NCBI GenBank assembly: GCA_964016885.1
Contig: CAXHJY010001760.1
Coordinates: 1 to 50,194, forward strand
Source: Eledone cirrhosa
Taxonomy: Eukaryota
Direction of reading: 5' to 3'
Length of the DNA: 50,194 nt
Shown here: positions 12,199 to 25,952 of the stretch, in pieces
How positions within the stretch are numbered: the first letter of the stretch is position 1
Layout: the number at the start of each line of letters is the position of its first letter
The notes under the pieces: generated by a model
The model's input: only the letters and a program-made list of their open reading frames with translations
Told to the model about the DNA's origin: nothing
Database searches by the model: none
Program-made: the position numbers and the translations under genes

Positions 12199-13751
12199 CA
12201 ATCTATTCTATTAGTACAGCAATACTATGGAATAAAGTCAATCTATTCTATTAGTACAGCAATACTATGGAATAAAGTCAATCTATTCCATTAGTACAGC
12301 AATAATATGGAATAATGTCAATATAGGCAGACCCAGAAAAACCTGGGATGACTTGATAAATTCCGACCTCACACACTTACACCTCTCCAAGACAATGTCA
12401 CTGGACCGAGATCTTTGGCGCTACGCAGTAATACAGAAGACCCGCCTTGCCTAAGTACAAAGCGAAACCTACAGTCAGTAGGCACCTCTTAACCAAAATA
12501 CACCCTCGTCCCACTACTCCTACCCCCACCACCATCTACACCACCCCTTTCAATGTAGAGCTATGTTGGTACCACAACATCCAGTCCTAAATAAATGAGG
12601 TCGTGTAGGTGTCACAACAAAAAAAAAACACAGTCCACGCTGTAATGTGGCCGTGTAGGTAACACGGTAAAAACCTCCCAGTCCACACTGTAAATTTGGT
12701 TGGTGTTAGGAAGGGCATCCAGCCGTAGAAAACTCGCATGACAGTCCTGAGCAAGACAACCAATCTTGCCTCAAGTGGGACAATTCCCGTCAGACCCATG
12801 CTAGCGTGGAAGATGGATGTTAAACGATGATGATATTCCATTGGTACATTGGTACATTATGGAATAATGTCAATATATTCAATTAGTACAGCAATACTAA
12901 TGGAATAATGTCAATATATTCCATTAGTACAGCAATACTATGGAATAATGTCAATATATTCCATTAGTACACCAATACTATGGAATAATGTCAATATATT
13001 CCATTAATACAGCAATACTAATGGAATAATGTCAATATATTCCATTAGTACAGCAATACTATGGAATAATGTCAATATATTCCATTAGTACAGCAATACT
13101 ATGGAATAAAGTCAATATGTTCCATTTGTACAGCAATACTATAGAATAATGTCAATATATTCCATTAGTACAGCAATACTATGGAATAATGTCAATATAT
13201 TCCATTAGTACAGGAGTACTATGGAATAAAGTCAATCTATTCCATTAGTACAGCAATACTATGGAATAAAGTCAATATGTTCCATTAGTACAGCAATACT
13301 AATGGAATAATGTCAATATATTCCATTAGTTCAGCAATACTATAGAATAATGTCAATATATTCCATTAGTTCAGCAATACTATAGAATAATGTCAATATA
13401 TTCCATTAGTTCAGCAATACTATAGAATAATGTCAATATGTTCCATTAGTACAGCAATACTATAGAATAATGTCAATATGTTCCATTAGTACAGCAATAC
13501 TATAGAATAATGTCAATATATTCCATTAGTTCAGCAATACTATAGAATAATGTCAATATATTCCATTAGTTCAGCAATACTATAGAATAATGTCAATATA
13601 TTCCATTAGTTCAGCAATACTATAGAATAATGTCAATATATTCCATTAGTACAGCAATACTAATGGAATAATGTCAATATATTCCATTAGTACAGGAGTA
13701 CTATGGAATAAAGTCAATCTATTCCATTAGTACAGGAGTACTATGGAATAA
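12199..13751. repeat. 40/41-bp tandem satellite (CTATGGAATAATGTCAATATATTCCATTAGTACAGCAATA), about 25 units, interrupted by an RTE fragment
   Basis: About 3 units at 12199-12324 and about 22 units at 12835-13751. Each unit contains the inverted repeat ATGGAATA/TATTCCAT. Confidence 0.95.
12324..12834 (+). mobile_element. 5'-truncated RTE LINE 3' end
   Basis: Degenerate GRP.KTWD.LI..DL..L.LSK.M..DRDLWRYAVIQKTR C-terminus, then the shared 3' UTR and (GAT)n tail. Same subfamily as 38927-39594. Confidence 0.85.
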
Positions 13752-15211
13752 TATATAAAATAATAGTGAAGATAACTGCAGAGTTAAATTAACTTGGATT
13801 TTAGTAAGTAGTTTATCATTTGTACTGTCACCTCACCAAACAATTGATCTTTGAATGTTCTCTCATGTCAAATCCCTAGTAATCATCATCATTTTTACGT
13901 CCGCTTTTCCATGCTTGCATGGGTTGGACGGGGATAGGCGTGGGCTCAGTAAGCCATAGTGAAGGCTACCTGTTTAGGGGAGTTGACACTCCAAATAAAA
14001 ACTGATACAGGGTAAGACAATCTCTAGTGCTGGTGGAACGAACAATGCACCCAGTACACGCTGTAAAGTGGTTGGTGATAGGAAGGGCATCCAGCCACTA
14101 AAGCTCAGCCAAAATCATGAAAAGTACAACCAATATTATAACAATATTAATGTACATTAATTCTGAAGCAAGATATTCTTTAAAGTTTACATCTCTCACA
14201 TATACAGGTTTGGGGTTTCTGGGATATTTTAATGATGAGGGGCCCAGTCCTGTCATGAGAAGCAACATAAAATGAAAGGTCTTGCTCAAGAACACACTAC
14301 ACTACCTGCTTGGGGAATTAGATCTATGACCATATGATTGTCTATCCAACTCCCTAACTACTTGGCCATGTGCCTTCATGTGGGTTATGGAAAGCTGATT
14401 TCTTGGCAACAAGACAGTTGTCCTTGAAAAGAACATTACTGTAAATCTGAAACTGGCTTATAATTGATAAATGGTAATTTTTGTAATTAGGATAATGATT
14501 TGTAACATTAGTACAAAGTCATACTGTTGATGATAGTCATGTCTCACCCAAAGTTTTTGTCTGTTACAAAAAATGTTAGATTCCATTATTAAAAACAACA
14601 TATCAATTCTGAAATATCTTTAAAGAATGATGCTTAAGGATCTCATCAGTTCAGTTTTAGCAGTGGTCCTTAACCTTTTTACTACCAAAGACCCCATTTA
14701 GTTAAATGGATTTTCCCATGGTCCCCAGGCTTTTGAAAAGGTTTGTCTACTCAACAAGCTGATGGACCCCTAGTATTACCTTTGCAGGCCACAGGTTGGC
14801 AACAGGAATGAGCCGAAAGGTGTCAACAAAACAGCTGCTATACAATAGTTTTAACACTCAGTGAAAGTAGCCAACTCTTCCACAAACCATTCCTTATCAT
14901 TTAAAGTAGAGATCATATGTATAATTCCAAAACTACTTCTAATCCTTCATCCTCCATTTAAAGACATATTTTCATGAATCATTCTATTCCCTTTTTTAAT
15001 GTGGCCAATTCTATCACTTTAAAACCAGTTGATTTAGTAGAAATATTCCAGTAATGATAACACAAGACTGGCTAAGTCTACCTAGTCTTGTTACACCAAT
15101 TCTACAGAAGTTAATATAAAACATTAAAGTGGTCAGATATTTTGAGAACTGAGAATATTTAGTATGATTCTTTTGTAATATATCTACTTCATTATTTAAT
15201 CTTACTTTTAA

Positions 15212-15521
15212 CCCTTTTATGACTGCGTTTCTCATGAAATACACTCTATTTTAATTAATTAATGAAGAATTTTGAAGGATTTACTAAAATTATTTTTCAG
15301 CTTGATATAAATATTGCCGAGTTGAGAAACAAAACTAATATTATGTACATATATAGAAAAACAAATAATAAATGTACTTAAATAAAATTCTCATGTGGCC
15401 GTTTCATAGAAATACAGAGCATGATGTTGACATAAAATTATATTGGAAGATTTTAATTTAAAATGAGAGGTTTTATTTCATAAAACCAAAGCTGGTTTTG
15501 GCTGGACTGGTAACTAACGGG
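15212..15521 (+). mobile_element. piggyBac-type MITE family 2 (other copies 17358-17587, 20509-20864, 24170-24389 reversed; partial ~45320-45509 and ~47190-47400)
   Basis: TTAA|CCCTTT...CGGG|TTAA ends; shared internal sequence GACTGC.TTTCT.ATGAAATAC...GATTTACTAAAATTAT...TTCATA.AACCA. Confidence 0.75.
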
Positions 15522-16084
15522 TTAATCTTCTTCATATAGTTTAATGTATTCTTGATTAAGAGCCTTCAATTTTTGACACCAGCACGGTCACTTTACAGTG
15601 TAGGATGGCACTTTTTGCCGTGAGACCTACATGACCACCTTACAATCTGAACTGGGTGCTTTTTGGCGTGATACCTACACGACCACTTTACAGTGAAGGA
15701 TACACTGTTTGGTGCATTATTTGTGCCACCAGCACTAAAGAAGTTGTCTTACTGGACTCATAAGTCCTCTATACCCTATATCAGGTTTTTTTATTTATTT
15801 GGAGTGTCTACTGGATTGATACTTTATTTTATCAACCCTGAGAGGGCAAAGTTAACATTGGCATGATTTGAACTTGAAAGACAGAAGCAAATACCACAAG
15901 GCATTATAATGACTCCTCTGATTGCTACTTAAATACGAGTGAAAAGAAAGGAATCCTATTTCAGCTTTAAAAAGGTAAAGGTAGGGTTCATAATTCCTGA
16001 CAGTTGGAGGTGCTGTTCTAACAAACAGCATGTCTTGGGTATCTTAAACCTGGCAGAGTTCATCCTTTTCCATGTCTGAACAAA

Positions 16085-16630
16085 ACAGATTGGATTGAAC
16101 TGGGTCAAATTGGATTGGATAAGGCCATACCGGATCAGGCCAGATTGGATTGGATCAGATAAGGTCATACCGGATCAGCCAATATCGTATCGCTCTGGGT
16201 ATCAAATCAGACTAGATTAGATTGGATCTAACTGGATCAGATCAAGCCAGATATTATCAAACCGGATCAAATCGGATAAGACCAGATCAGACAAGACCGC
16301 ATCAGATCAGTTCTGACTGGATCAACTCAGATTGCTCTAGATTGGATCAGACCACATTGGATAGGATCAAACCAGATTGGGTCTGACCATATCAGATTAG
16401 ACTGGATCAGATCAAATCAATAAACCAGATTGAATCCGATCAAATTGAGATCAGTCAAGATCTGATCAGACCAGACTGGATCAGATTATTCTGGACCAAA
16501 TTGGGCAGGATCAGGTCAGACCAAATCGGATCAGACCAGATTGCTCCAGACCAGATTGGATCAGACTGAATTGGATAGGGATCAGGCTAGATCAGATCAT
16601 ACTGGATCAGATTGCTCCAGACAAGATCTA
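16085..16630. repeat. Degenerate 5-bp-period satellite (GGATC/AGATC/AGACC/AGATT)
   Basis: About 540 bp with clear pentamer periodicity. Confidence 0.9.
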
Positions 16631-18061
16631 AAATAAGTCAGTTTTATTCATAAAATGCCCCCAGCTGTAGTTTCTGGAATTAAGAAACAATATCAATTAT
16701 TTCAATACATTGAAAAAACCAATATTGGGCGGAAGAATTTATTGTCTTCAGGGAGAAATTCTTTGGAACTAGAGAAAATATTGGATTGCATACAGACCAT
16801 ATTGTTACTGAAGCCACATGATGTCCAACATGCATCATATATATATATATTGTGTGTGTGTGTTGAGTGATTGTTTGTTGTGTAGTGTCCTGGAATTACA
16901 ACAATACTAATTCGTGATCTGTACACAAAGTAAAACAAATATTGTTTATGAATATGATTATTGTTAAACTATTTACCATAAACACTTGCATATAACTCCC
17001 CCCCCCCTTCCCACACACACACACACTATTTTATGTCTGAGAAATAGGCAAAAATCGAAACCCCTTTTATAAGCCAAGGCAGCTAATCAACACATTATCT
17101 TTAGATGGTGAATGTAAGCTGACCCCTCCCCTTCAATTTTTTTTGGGGGGGTTACATATTCCTCGGTTTATATTTGACCATATATGGTAAATATCATATA
17201 TAGTGATCTTTTCGTTTATTATTACTTTAGATTCAGAGTTCTATTATTTTTAGTTTATCTGTTTTGATAATTTCCCTTAACAACCCATGCTAGCGTGGAA
17301 GATAGGCGTAAAACGATGATGATGATGTTCCAATCTTCAGTTGTTTTTTTTTGTTAACCCTTTAATGACTGCATTTCTAATGAAATACACTATTCTAATT
17401 AATTAATGAAAAATTTTCAGGGATTTACTAAAATTATTAAATATTTCATTACTGAGATAGTAACTTAATGTAAGTTTCTTATATAAAATTATGTTGGAAG
17501 ATTTTAATTTAAATTGGAAACCTTTAAAATGGGTGACTTTATTTCATAGAACCATAGCCAGATCTGGCTGGATTGGTAACTAAAGGGCTAATGTCTTCAT
17601 CTGAGGAAGAAAGGCAATACCCATTGCCATTTTCATGGTCTCCCAGTGACTGGTTGGTAGGGCGAGTTATTCTCAGATTAAAAACCTGATTCAAATGGTT
17701 CCATCAGTAAAGACACTCATGGCCATGACAGTGGTGTTAAACTAAACAACTTTATCACCCAGTCATCCATATGATTTCTATTTACTAAATTTCACTCACA
17801 ACACTTTGGTTGACCCAAATAATAATATAAACCACTAACTCAAAGTGCCATACATTGGTATTGAACCTTTAACCATGTAATTGTGAAGCAAATGTATTAA
17901 TCACACAGACAACCTTATAATTTAAATAACAACAGTTGTAATGCTGCGACTATTTTAATATTCTTTATAACTACAACTACAACTAGAAAGTAACCTAGAG
18001 CAAGAAATCCTTTCATTAGCAATGTCTTCTGTTGGTACAAGAGACATTGGTGCATTTCATA

Positions 18062-18250
18062 TAATTGTTTCTACTTTTGGCACAAGGTCAGCAAATACCC
18101 AGTTCATTACTGGTACTTTATTTTATCGACCCGGTAAGGATAAAAGGCAAAGTTAACCTCGACAGGGTTTGAACTCAAACCGTAAAGGGACGTAACTATG
18201 CTGGAAAGCATGGCGTCCGACGCTCTACCGATACTGCCAATTCACAATGC
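18062..18250 (-). mobile_element. SINE family B, near full-length copy
   Basis: Matches copies at 41843, 46597, 48376 and 49838. Confidence 0.85.
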
Positions 18251-19450
18251 CTCTGAAATGCACCAATTAACTATAAACTTAGTAGACGACTACTAAATTT
18301 TATGGTCATTGTGAGAATTCAATAAAAGTAGTTATAGAATCAAGTTGGAATAATACGTTATATTTGGGTAAGATACTTAACCAGGTGATTGGTACCTGTG
18401 TTTGATGAATCTAGTATGTATTGAACTGTAAGATACATGGTGATTGGTACTTGTTTGATGAATCTAGTATAATTGAACTGTGACATGCCAATCATTAGTT
18501 TCAAAGTTCAAATTCACAAGTGGGACCCTGGAATCTATGGTATGATTACCTAAGACAGAATAGCATCTCATTGTGTTCTCTAGGTCCATAGGAAGACTTT
18601 GAACCCCAAACCCCTGTTAATGTGACAGTGCTGTTCTTATTCTAGTCCAAAGTGAACTATCTCTATTGATAGAACCTGTTCATAGTTGGGTTAATCCTGC
18701 AATAGTGTCTCAACACAGCTGCAACTCTCTATAAAGTTGATATATTCTGCTTGAGATGGGGACAATATTAACATAAAGATAAAGTTTATATTAACTGCCT
18801 GAATCAAGAAAACCTGCTTTGCTCGGTGGGAAAAGGATTTTCTTTTACAAAGGACTATTAATGATATGTGTATCAGACATGTGATTATGTATGACATCCA
18901 AATTTGGTTTAGGAAAATAGAATTGTACAAATCAATATCAACTAAAGTGTGTGTTATTGATTATTGAGATAGGAAGGGTGTAAGCTAAGAAAATTGATGG
19001 GAATGAAAAGTATCTGATGCTGGATATAATAGGACAGTTGCAGATGGTCTGGTGATTTGATAAAATTGGATGAAGTAGGAGATAACAATAACAGCAACAA
19101 CAACAACAACTGAACAGAGCTAGATGAATAAAATAGTTGACAAATGATGAAAAAGAAAGGGATTAAGAGGGGATATGTGACAGGATTGAAGTAGTTATCT
19201 TTGCCTTAACTCACACAACATAGACAAACTAATGGAGGGGCTCTATGTGGTTATTCAGCCTGTTAGAAATAGCAACTGAACATTGCTAGATCAAGATTAG
19301 AGTAGTTGACAACTGATGAAAAAGAAGGGGATTAGGAGAGGATTGAAGTAGTTATCTTTGCCTTAACACATATAACATAGACTTTACAACCTAATGGAGG
19401 GGCTCTATGTGGTTGTTCAGCCTGCTAGAAATAGCACTCAAATCACACCC

Positions 19451-19796
19451 TCATCATTTCATCATCATTTCATTTTACGTCTGCTTTTTCCCTGCTTGCA
19501 AGGGTGGGACGGGAACTGATTCTGGCTTGATTTCTACAGCTGGATGCCCTTCCTAACACCAACCTCATTTACAGTGAGTGCTGGGTGCTTTTTTGTCGTG
19601 GCACCTACACAACCACTTTGCAGTGGAATGATAGGGACCTCAGTCCCTATCATCTCATTTCTACAGCTGAGTAAACTGGAGCAATGTGAAATAAAGTGTC
19701 TTGCTCAAGGAAACAACACATCACCCGGTCTGAGAATTGAACTCACAACCTTTCGATTGCAACGCCAATGCTCTAACCACTAAGCCATGTGCCTCC
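19451..19796 (-). mobile_element. CORE-SINE family A, full-length copy
   Basis: Near-identical reverse complement of 11178-11520. Confidence 0.9.
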
Positions 19797-19935
19797 ATAT
19801 ATATATTAAAAAAAAGAATGTCTCATTGGATAATGTGAATTATATACACTATGTCCAAAAAAAGAGACAGGATGGCCATGGTTAGACTCTTTTTCATAAT
19901 AGGTTTATTCAATCAAAACTGACCATAGACTACAC

Positions 19936-20248
19936 CAGTGTTACTCAAAGTGGTGGTCCGCAGACCGGTGCCGGTATGCGAGCCATCAGCTACCGGTACG
20001 CGGCCAGTGTCCAGGCAATGTTAAGGAATCATTTGAGGAATTTTTTTTATTATTTTTTTATATGTTTTGATATTGTATTATTTGTTTACAAAATAAATAG
20101 AAGATAAAAAAATGGTCAACTATTATTATATTCATTATATATATATCATTTCCGGTATAAATTAATATTACTACAAAATATTAGTGGTACGTGGCACATT
20201 GAAAAAAGAAATGCCGGTCCGCCACATCAGATAGTTTGAGAAGCACTG
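19936..20248. mobile_element. hAT (Charlie-like) MITE
   Basis: TIRs CAGTGTTACTCAAA / TTTGAGAAGCACTG. 8-bp TSD GACTACAC (19928-19935) / GTCTACAC (20249-20256) with central TA. Confidence 0.9.
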
Positions 20249-21554
20249 GTCTACACAACAACAACAACAACCTAAACTTCCATAATCTCTCTCTCACTGT
20301 GTGCGTGTGTGAATTAACATAAGTTATATTGCAAAACAAAATCTTATCAGATTCCAATTTGTATTGAAAATTGTGAGAAATACAACTGCTTATTGCTTAA
20401 TTTATAAACATCACTGTTTGTTTTGCTGTTGTTGTTGTTTTTTGTGTGGGGTGGGGGGTATTATCTGCTAATATTTTCTGTTTTGGTGTTTTGGTTTTAT
20501 TCAGTTAATCCTTTCATGACTGCATTTCTAATGAAATACCGTTTATTTTGAATAATTAATGAAGAGTTTTGAGTGATTTACTAAAATTATTAATTATTTC
20601 ATTACTAAGATAGTAACTGAATGTAAGGTTTTTATATAAAATTATGTTGGAAGATTTTAATTGTAATTTGAACTCTTTAAAATAGGTGGATATATTTCAT
20701 AGAACCAGGGCTGGTTTTGGCCAGTATGGTAAGATAGTAACTTAATGTAAGGTTCTTATATAAAATCATGTTAGAAGATTCTGATTTAAATTGGAAACTT
20801 TTAAGATGGATGGATTCATTTCATAGAACCAAAGCTGGTTTTGGCCAGGCTGGGAACTAAAGAGTTAAGACTAGATGCAAATGTCATGGTTGATCTTCAA
20901 AGATATAATTTTAAATGCATTAATTTGAATACCTGTTTTTTTGTTTAGACATATTTCCTACTACATGCGCCCCAAAGTTGTTCTTTGTTTTTAAGTACTC
21001 AAGCAGGTGCTTCTTGTCTCAGGTAATTGAATACTAATTTGAATTTATGATGTGGGGTGGGGCATGGACGTCTACTCAATTACAATTTTGTTGGCTGTGA
21101 ATAATTTGTCAGCAATATACATGATAATGTGAAGGTGTGCCTTTGTTCCTGTTTAATATATATACATATATCTTTTATAATAAAACACAAGAGTCATATG
21201 GGAACCACTGTGTGCTAGATTTGTTCAGGGTAGTGTTAATTTGATATCTTCTTCTCTATCCCTTTCTCTCACAATAATTGTTTACAAGAACGTAAAGGGT
21301 CATAACTCTATGCTGAAAAGCATGGTGTCTGACTCTCTACCGATAATGTCAATCCACAGCCCTTTCTCTCACAATAATTGTTTCTACTTTTGGCACAAGG
21401 CCAGCAATTACTCCAGTGCATTACTGGTACTTTATTTTATTGACCCCGTAAGGATAAAAGCAAAATTAACCCCAGGGCAGCTTATCTATAGCTACCTACC
21501 TAACTGTCTGACTAGTTATGTATTTATGTATATTTAACAATGTATCTATCTTTG

Positions 21555-21890
21555 GGTGAATGTGCATGGCTTACTGGTCAGAGCGTCAAGCTTACAGTTG
21601 TGAGTTTGATTCCCAGACTGGGCTGTGTGTTGTGTTCTTGAGTAAGACACTCTATTTCACATTGCTTCAGGTCACTCAGCTGTAAAAATGAGTTGTGACG
21701 TCACTGGTGCCAAGCTGTATCAGCCATTTCCTTTCTCTTGGACAACATCGGCAACATGGAGAGAGAGGGGAGACTTGTACTCATGGGTGTCTGCTGGTCT
21801 TCCACAAACTACCATGCCCAGGTTTGTGCCTTGGAGGGGTACTTTCCATGTGCAAAACCATGGCCATTCGTAACCAGTGGGGGTTTTAGC
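21555..21890 (+). mobile_element. Older CORE-SINE with a different 3' tail (related heads at 14200-14380, 27450-27650, 28005-28145, 42225-42305, 47705-47825)
   Basis: tRNA-like head plus the same CORE segment (CTTGAGTAAGACACT...CACTCAGCTGTAAAAATGAG), followed by an unrelated tail. Confidence 0.7.
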
Positions 21891-22085
21891 CTTTTCTTTC
21901 ATTGTACAAGAACAATAACAGCAAAGCACAACTCCTAATAGCAGTCTGAAGACAGGCATAGAAGCCATCACAATTTAGTGGATATATGTTTGATAAGTAT
22001 TAAAGAAAATATGAAAGAAGTATTGTCGTTGATTAAAATGAATATAAAATGTAATATGACAATGATAGAGTGTGGCAATCAAGGT

Positions 22086-22840
22086 ATCATCATCATCATC
22101 ATCATCATCATCACCGTTTTACGTCCGTTCTTCCACGCTAGCATGGGTTAGACGGGTTGTCCTGTTGTGGGCAGTGTCTGGTCGGCTGACCATGCCTTTC
22201 TCATACAGGAACTGATTTGGCTTGATTTCTACAGCTGGATGCCCTTCCTAACACCAACCTCATTTACAGTGAGTGCTGGGTGCTTTTTCGTGGCGCCTAC
22301 ATGTCCACTTTACAGTGTGGGCTGGGTGCTTTTTTTGCCGTGGCACCTCCACGACCACCTTGCAGTGGGGGGGGGGGGGGGGGGGCATATTGTCTATATG
22401 CTTCAGCTTGTACCCATGGGAGGTCGGGTACTCTGTATTACTGCGTGACGCCAGAGTGTCATCGCCTTTGAGAGGTGTAATTGGGTAAGGTCGACTTTTA
22501 TCACCTCATCCCAGGTCATCTTGGGTCTCCCCACTCCGCGGTTTCTGTCGACTTCTAGTGCTCTGCACCTTTTTATGCAGCTGTCATCCTTCATACGCAT
22601 CACATGTCCATACCAACGCAACCGCCTCTCCTGCACACAGCATTTGATTCCTCTTATGCTCAGTCTCTCTCTCAATTCATTTATGCTTTGTCGTTCGCGT
22701 ATATTACTATTACACATCCATTGGAGCAGGCAGGCTTCGTTTCTCTCTAATCTACGCAAGTCTTCCACCTTCAGCGCCCAGGTCTCACTACCATGTAACA
22801 TCGCTGTTCGGATACACGCATCATCGGATACACGTATCAT
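22086..22840 (-). mobile_element. 5'-truncated RTE LINE 3' end
   Basis: Encodes ACIRTAMLHGSETWAL...ERRLRWYGHVMRM...GRPK.TW (RTE C-terminal motifs), then 3' UTR and (GAT)n tail. A 16-nt tandem duplication sits at the 5' truncation. Confidence 0.93.
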
Positions 22841-23000
22841 TAAATTAAATATTTTTAACTATAAACCCTATCATTTTTGGCCGATACTCTGCTAGTATGT
22901 ATGTGTGTGTATATATATTTGTGTGTGCATATGTATATGCATATATGTATGGATCAGTTATATTTTTGTCATATCACAGTAATTGATTTAGATATTTTGA

Positions 23001-23834
23001 ATAACTATGGTAAGAACGGGATGGAAGAAGTTCAGGGAACTACTACCACTGCTAGCTGCAAAAGGCTTTTCCCTCAAAATGAAAAGCAGACTGTATGATG
23101 CGTGTATACGAACAGCGATGTTGCATGGTAGTGAGACCTGGGCGCTGTCTGTGGAAGACTTGCGTAGATTAGAGAGAAACGAAGCCTGCATGCTCCGATG
23201 GATGTGTAATAGTAATATACGCGAACGACAAAGCATAAATGAATTGAGAGAGAGACTGAGCATAAGAGGAATCAAATGCTGTGTGCAGGAGTGACCGTTG
23301 CGTTGGTATGGACATGTAATGCGTATGAAGGGTGACAGCTGCATAAAAAGGTGCAGAGCACTAGAAGTCAATGGAAACCGCGGAGTGGGGAGACCTAAGA
23401 AGACCTGGGATGAGGTGATAAAAGTCGACCTTACCCAATTACACCTCTCAAAGACAATGACACACGACCGTGACCTCTGGTGTCACGCAGTAATACAGAA
23501 GACCCGACCCCCCATGGGTACAAGCCGAAGCTGAAGCATATAGACAATATGCCCCCACAACCCCCACCGCAAGGTGGTCGTGGAGGTGCCACGGCAAAAA
23601 AGCACCCAGCCCACACTGTGAAGTGGACGTGTAGGCGCCACGGAAAAAAATCACCCAGCACTCACTGTAAATGAGGTTGGTGTTAGGAAGGGCATCCAGC
23701 TGTAGAAATCAAGCCAGAATCAGTTCCCGTATGAGCAAGACAATGTCAGCCGACTGGACACTGCCCACAACAGGACAACCCGTCTAACCCATGCTAGCGT
23801 GGAAGAAAAAACGTAAAACTGTGATGATGATGAT
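23001..23834 (+). mobile_element. 5'-truncated RTE LINE 3' end
   Basis: Encodes GWKKFRELLPLL...LYDACIRTAMLHGSETW...RWYGHVMRM...GRPKKTW with one in-frame stop, then 3' UTR and (GAT)n tail. Confidence 0.93.
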
Positions 23835-25952
23835 GGCTATCTTAGATGACCCTTCTTCTTTGCCCACTTATTCCTGAGAGGGTTGTGGAGGCAGAGTCCT
23901 TAAACACACCTTCCAGCAGATCATGTCAGAAGCAACCATCTCCAATTGATCTGATAGGATCCCCAAGCGTGACCAGCCAGGCTCATGGATGTTATCCAAC
24001 TATCTTGCTCAGGGTCTACCCCTGGGTCTCCTGTCGGTTGGTTTTGCCCATAAAATCAGTCCAGCTATTCTTTCCTGAGACATTCTAACTACATGACCCT
24101 ATAAGTCATAACTACAGTTTATGCCACCACCACCACCACCACTTCAATCTGTTTCCTGATATTATCTCAACTCTTTTGCTACCAACCTGGCCAAACCCAG
24201 CTCTGGATTTATGAAACAAAACAACACATTTTAGAAGGTTTATATTTAAATTAAAATCTTCCAATTTAATTTTATAAAAGAACCATATTATCTTAGTAAT
24301 GAAATAATTAATAATTTTAATTAAATCCCTCAGAACTTTTCATTAATTAACTGAAATATTGTTTCATTAGAAATACAGTAATAAAAGGGTTAATAATACA
24401 TTTGTTAATAAGATTTTGCAGAGATACATTTTTTGAAGATGTAGATCCCAATTGTGTTGATGAAATTTTAAAAGTAAACCTTTTTTTAAGTACTTTCATT
24501 ATAGCATACTGCCATTTCTTAATGCTTTCATCACTGTATATTTCAATGTGTATTTGTAATTAGGTTAAATGTAATTTAAATAACCAATTCCATTATCACT
24601 AATTAATAAAAGGTTGTTTATATTCCAGATATTTCTAAAATTAGTAAATTATTATAAGCAGAATTATTTTCTCTCCCTATTCTATTATGTGTTCCAGCTG
24701 TGAGGCTGAGACCATGCTGGGGCACCTTTCAATCTTAGCTAAAACTTCTGATTGAACAGCTAAGTTTAAATCTGATACCAAACCACCTGAAACTGTCCTT
24801 TATATACTTAGAACCATTTGTTTTATAGGGTTCAGTATTGTTTGATGTCTGTTGTTCTATGCTAGCATGGGTTGGATGGGTTGTCACAGTCTGAGACAAG
24901 ACATGGTCAGATATTGTTCCATAAGTTTAGATTTATAATAAATTTTAAAAAATTTAAAAAAAAGAAAGCCGTCCATCATAATTTCATTAAAGTACTTTTG
25001 TTAAGTTATGTTTCAAACATCAACTTAATAATGAGAAAGTTAGTTATAGTACTAAATCCCTCAAAATTTTTGATTATTTAAAGAATTATTTGAAAATCAT
25101 AGGTATTGTATTTAATTAAAAATACGGTAACAAAGTATTGTATCACTTTTAATGACTTCTTTTACCATAAAATCTTTGCTTACTCTTTTCGTCTAACTTT
25201 CAATTATGATTCTCTCAATTTTTCTCAATACACTGTTTCACTGAAACTCTTTTCCATTTTTGTTTGTTTTTCTTTTTCAGTCTTTTTTTTTGTTGTTGTT
25301 TTCTTATTTCTCATGAACCCCAATTCCTCCTATCATAATAACAACTTGTTCTCTCTCACATATTCTCCTCTTTCTGTCATCCCTAAAACTGCCTGAAGCT
25401 ACCCATGATTGTGAGCTGCTAATCTGCCTGTATACGCCCATGTTGCCTAACCCCTTTTTTTGAAGCTGCTTTCCCTGGCTCTCTTGCAAGTAGAGACACC
25501 CTATCATTTAGCTACAATATAGTTTATAACGTGTTTAAGAAAAATACAATCAGTGTGGTATGAATGTTGTGAATTTTGACATAAAAGTTGGTGTTTTTCT
25601 TTAAAAATAACATAAACAATGCTGTTTACCGTCCTAAGTTTTATCAGGAGATATTTCAATATAGGGGAGATGTTTGGAAAAGTTTACAATCGTTTAATTT
25701 AAAGGTAAAAAGAATAGCCAAAATCTGAATAAATAAGCAATGTAAATAAATTGATAACAAAAGATATAGTGAAGTTGTACAAACACAAAGGGCGTGGCAC
25801 TGATGGATCCTGCTAGAAGGGAGAAATATGAATGACTTACATAAATACTGAAAGGAGATTGTTGCTGAAATTACAATTAATAAAAAGGGAGAGGACTTTG
25901 TATTACTTGCTACTTTTTTCTTATTGGGTTTTAAGATTTGATTTATAAAATT

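Noticed and set aside
12835-13751. CRISPR-like array of palindromic 40-bp repeats
   Set aside because: The units are contiguous with no unique spacers, there are no cas genes, and the context is a eukaryotic intron.
14600-14655. Other CUGANGA matches (14643, 16746, 37128 and 41699 on minus; 19313 and 38179 on plus) and GAAACTAG near 32780
   Set aside because: No properly placed stem II, GAAA and NUH with a closing stem I.
20949-21022. 74-nt exon-like segment with good splice signals, open in the PHAF1 frame
   Set aside because: The peptide has no similarity to PHAF1. It could be a cryptic exon, but needs RNA-seq support.
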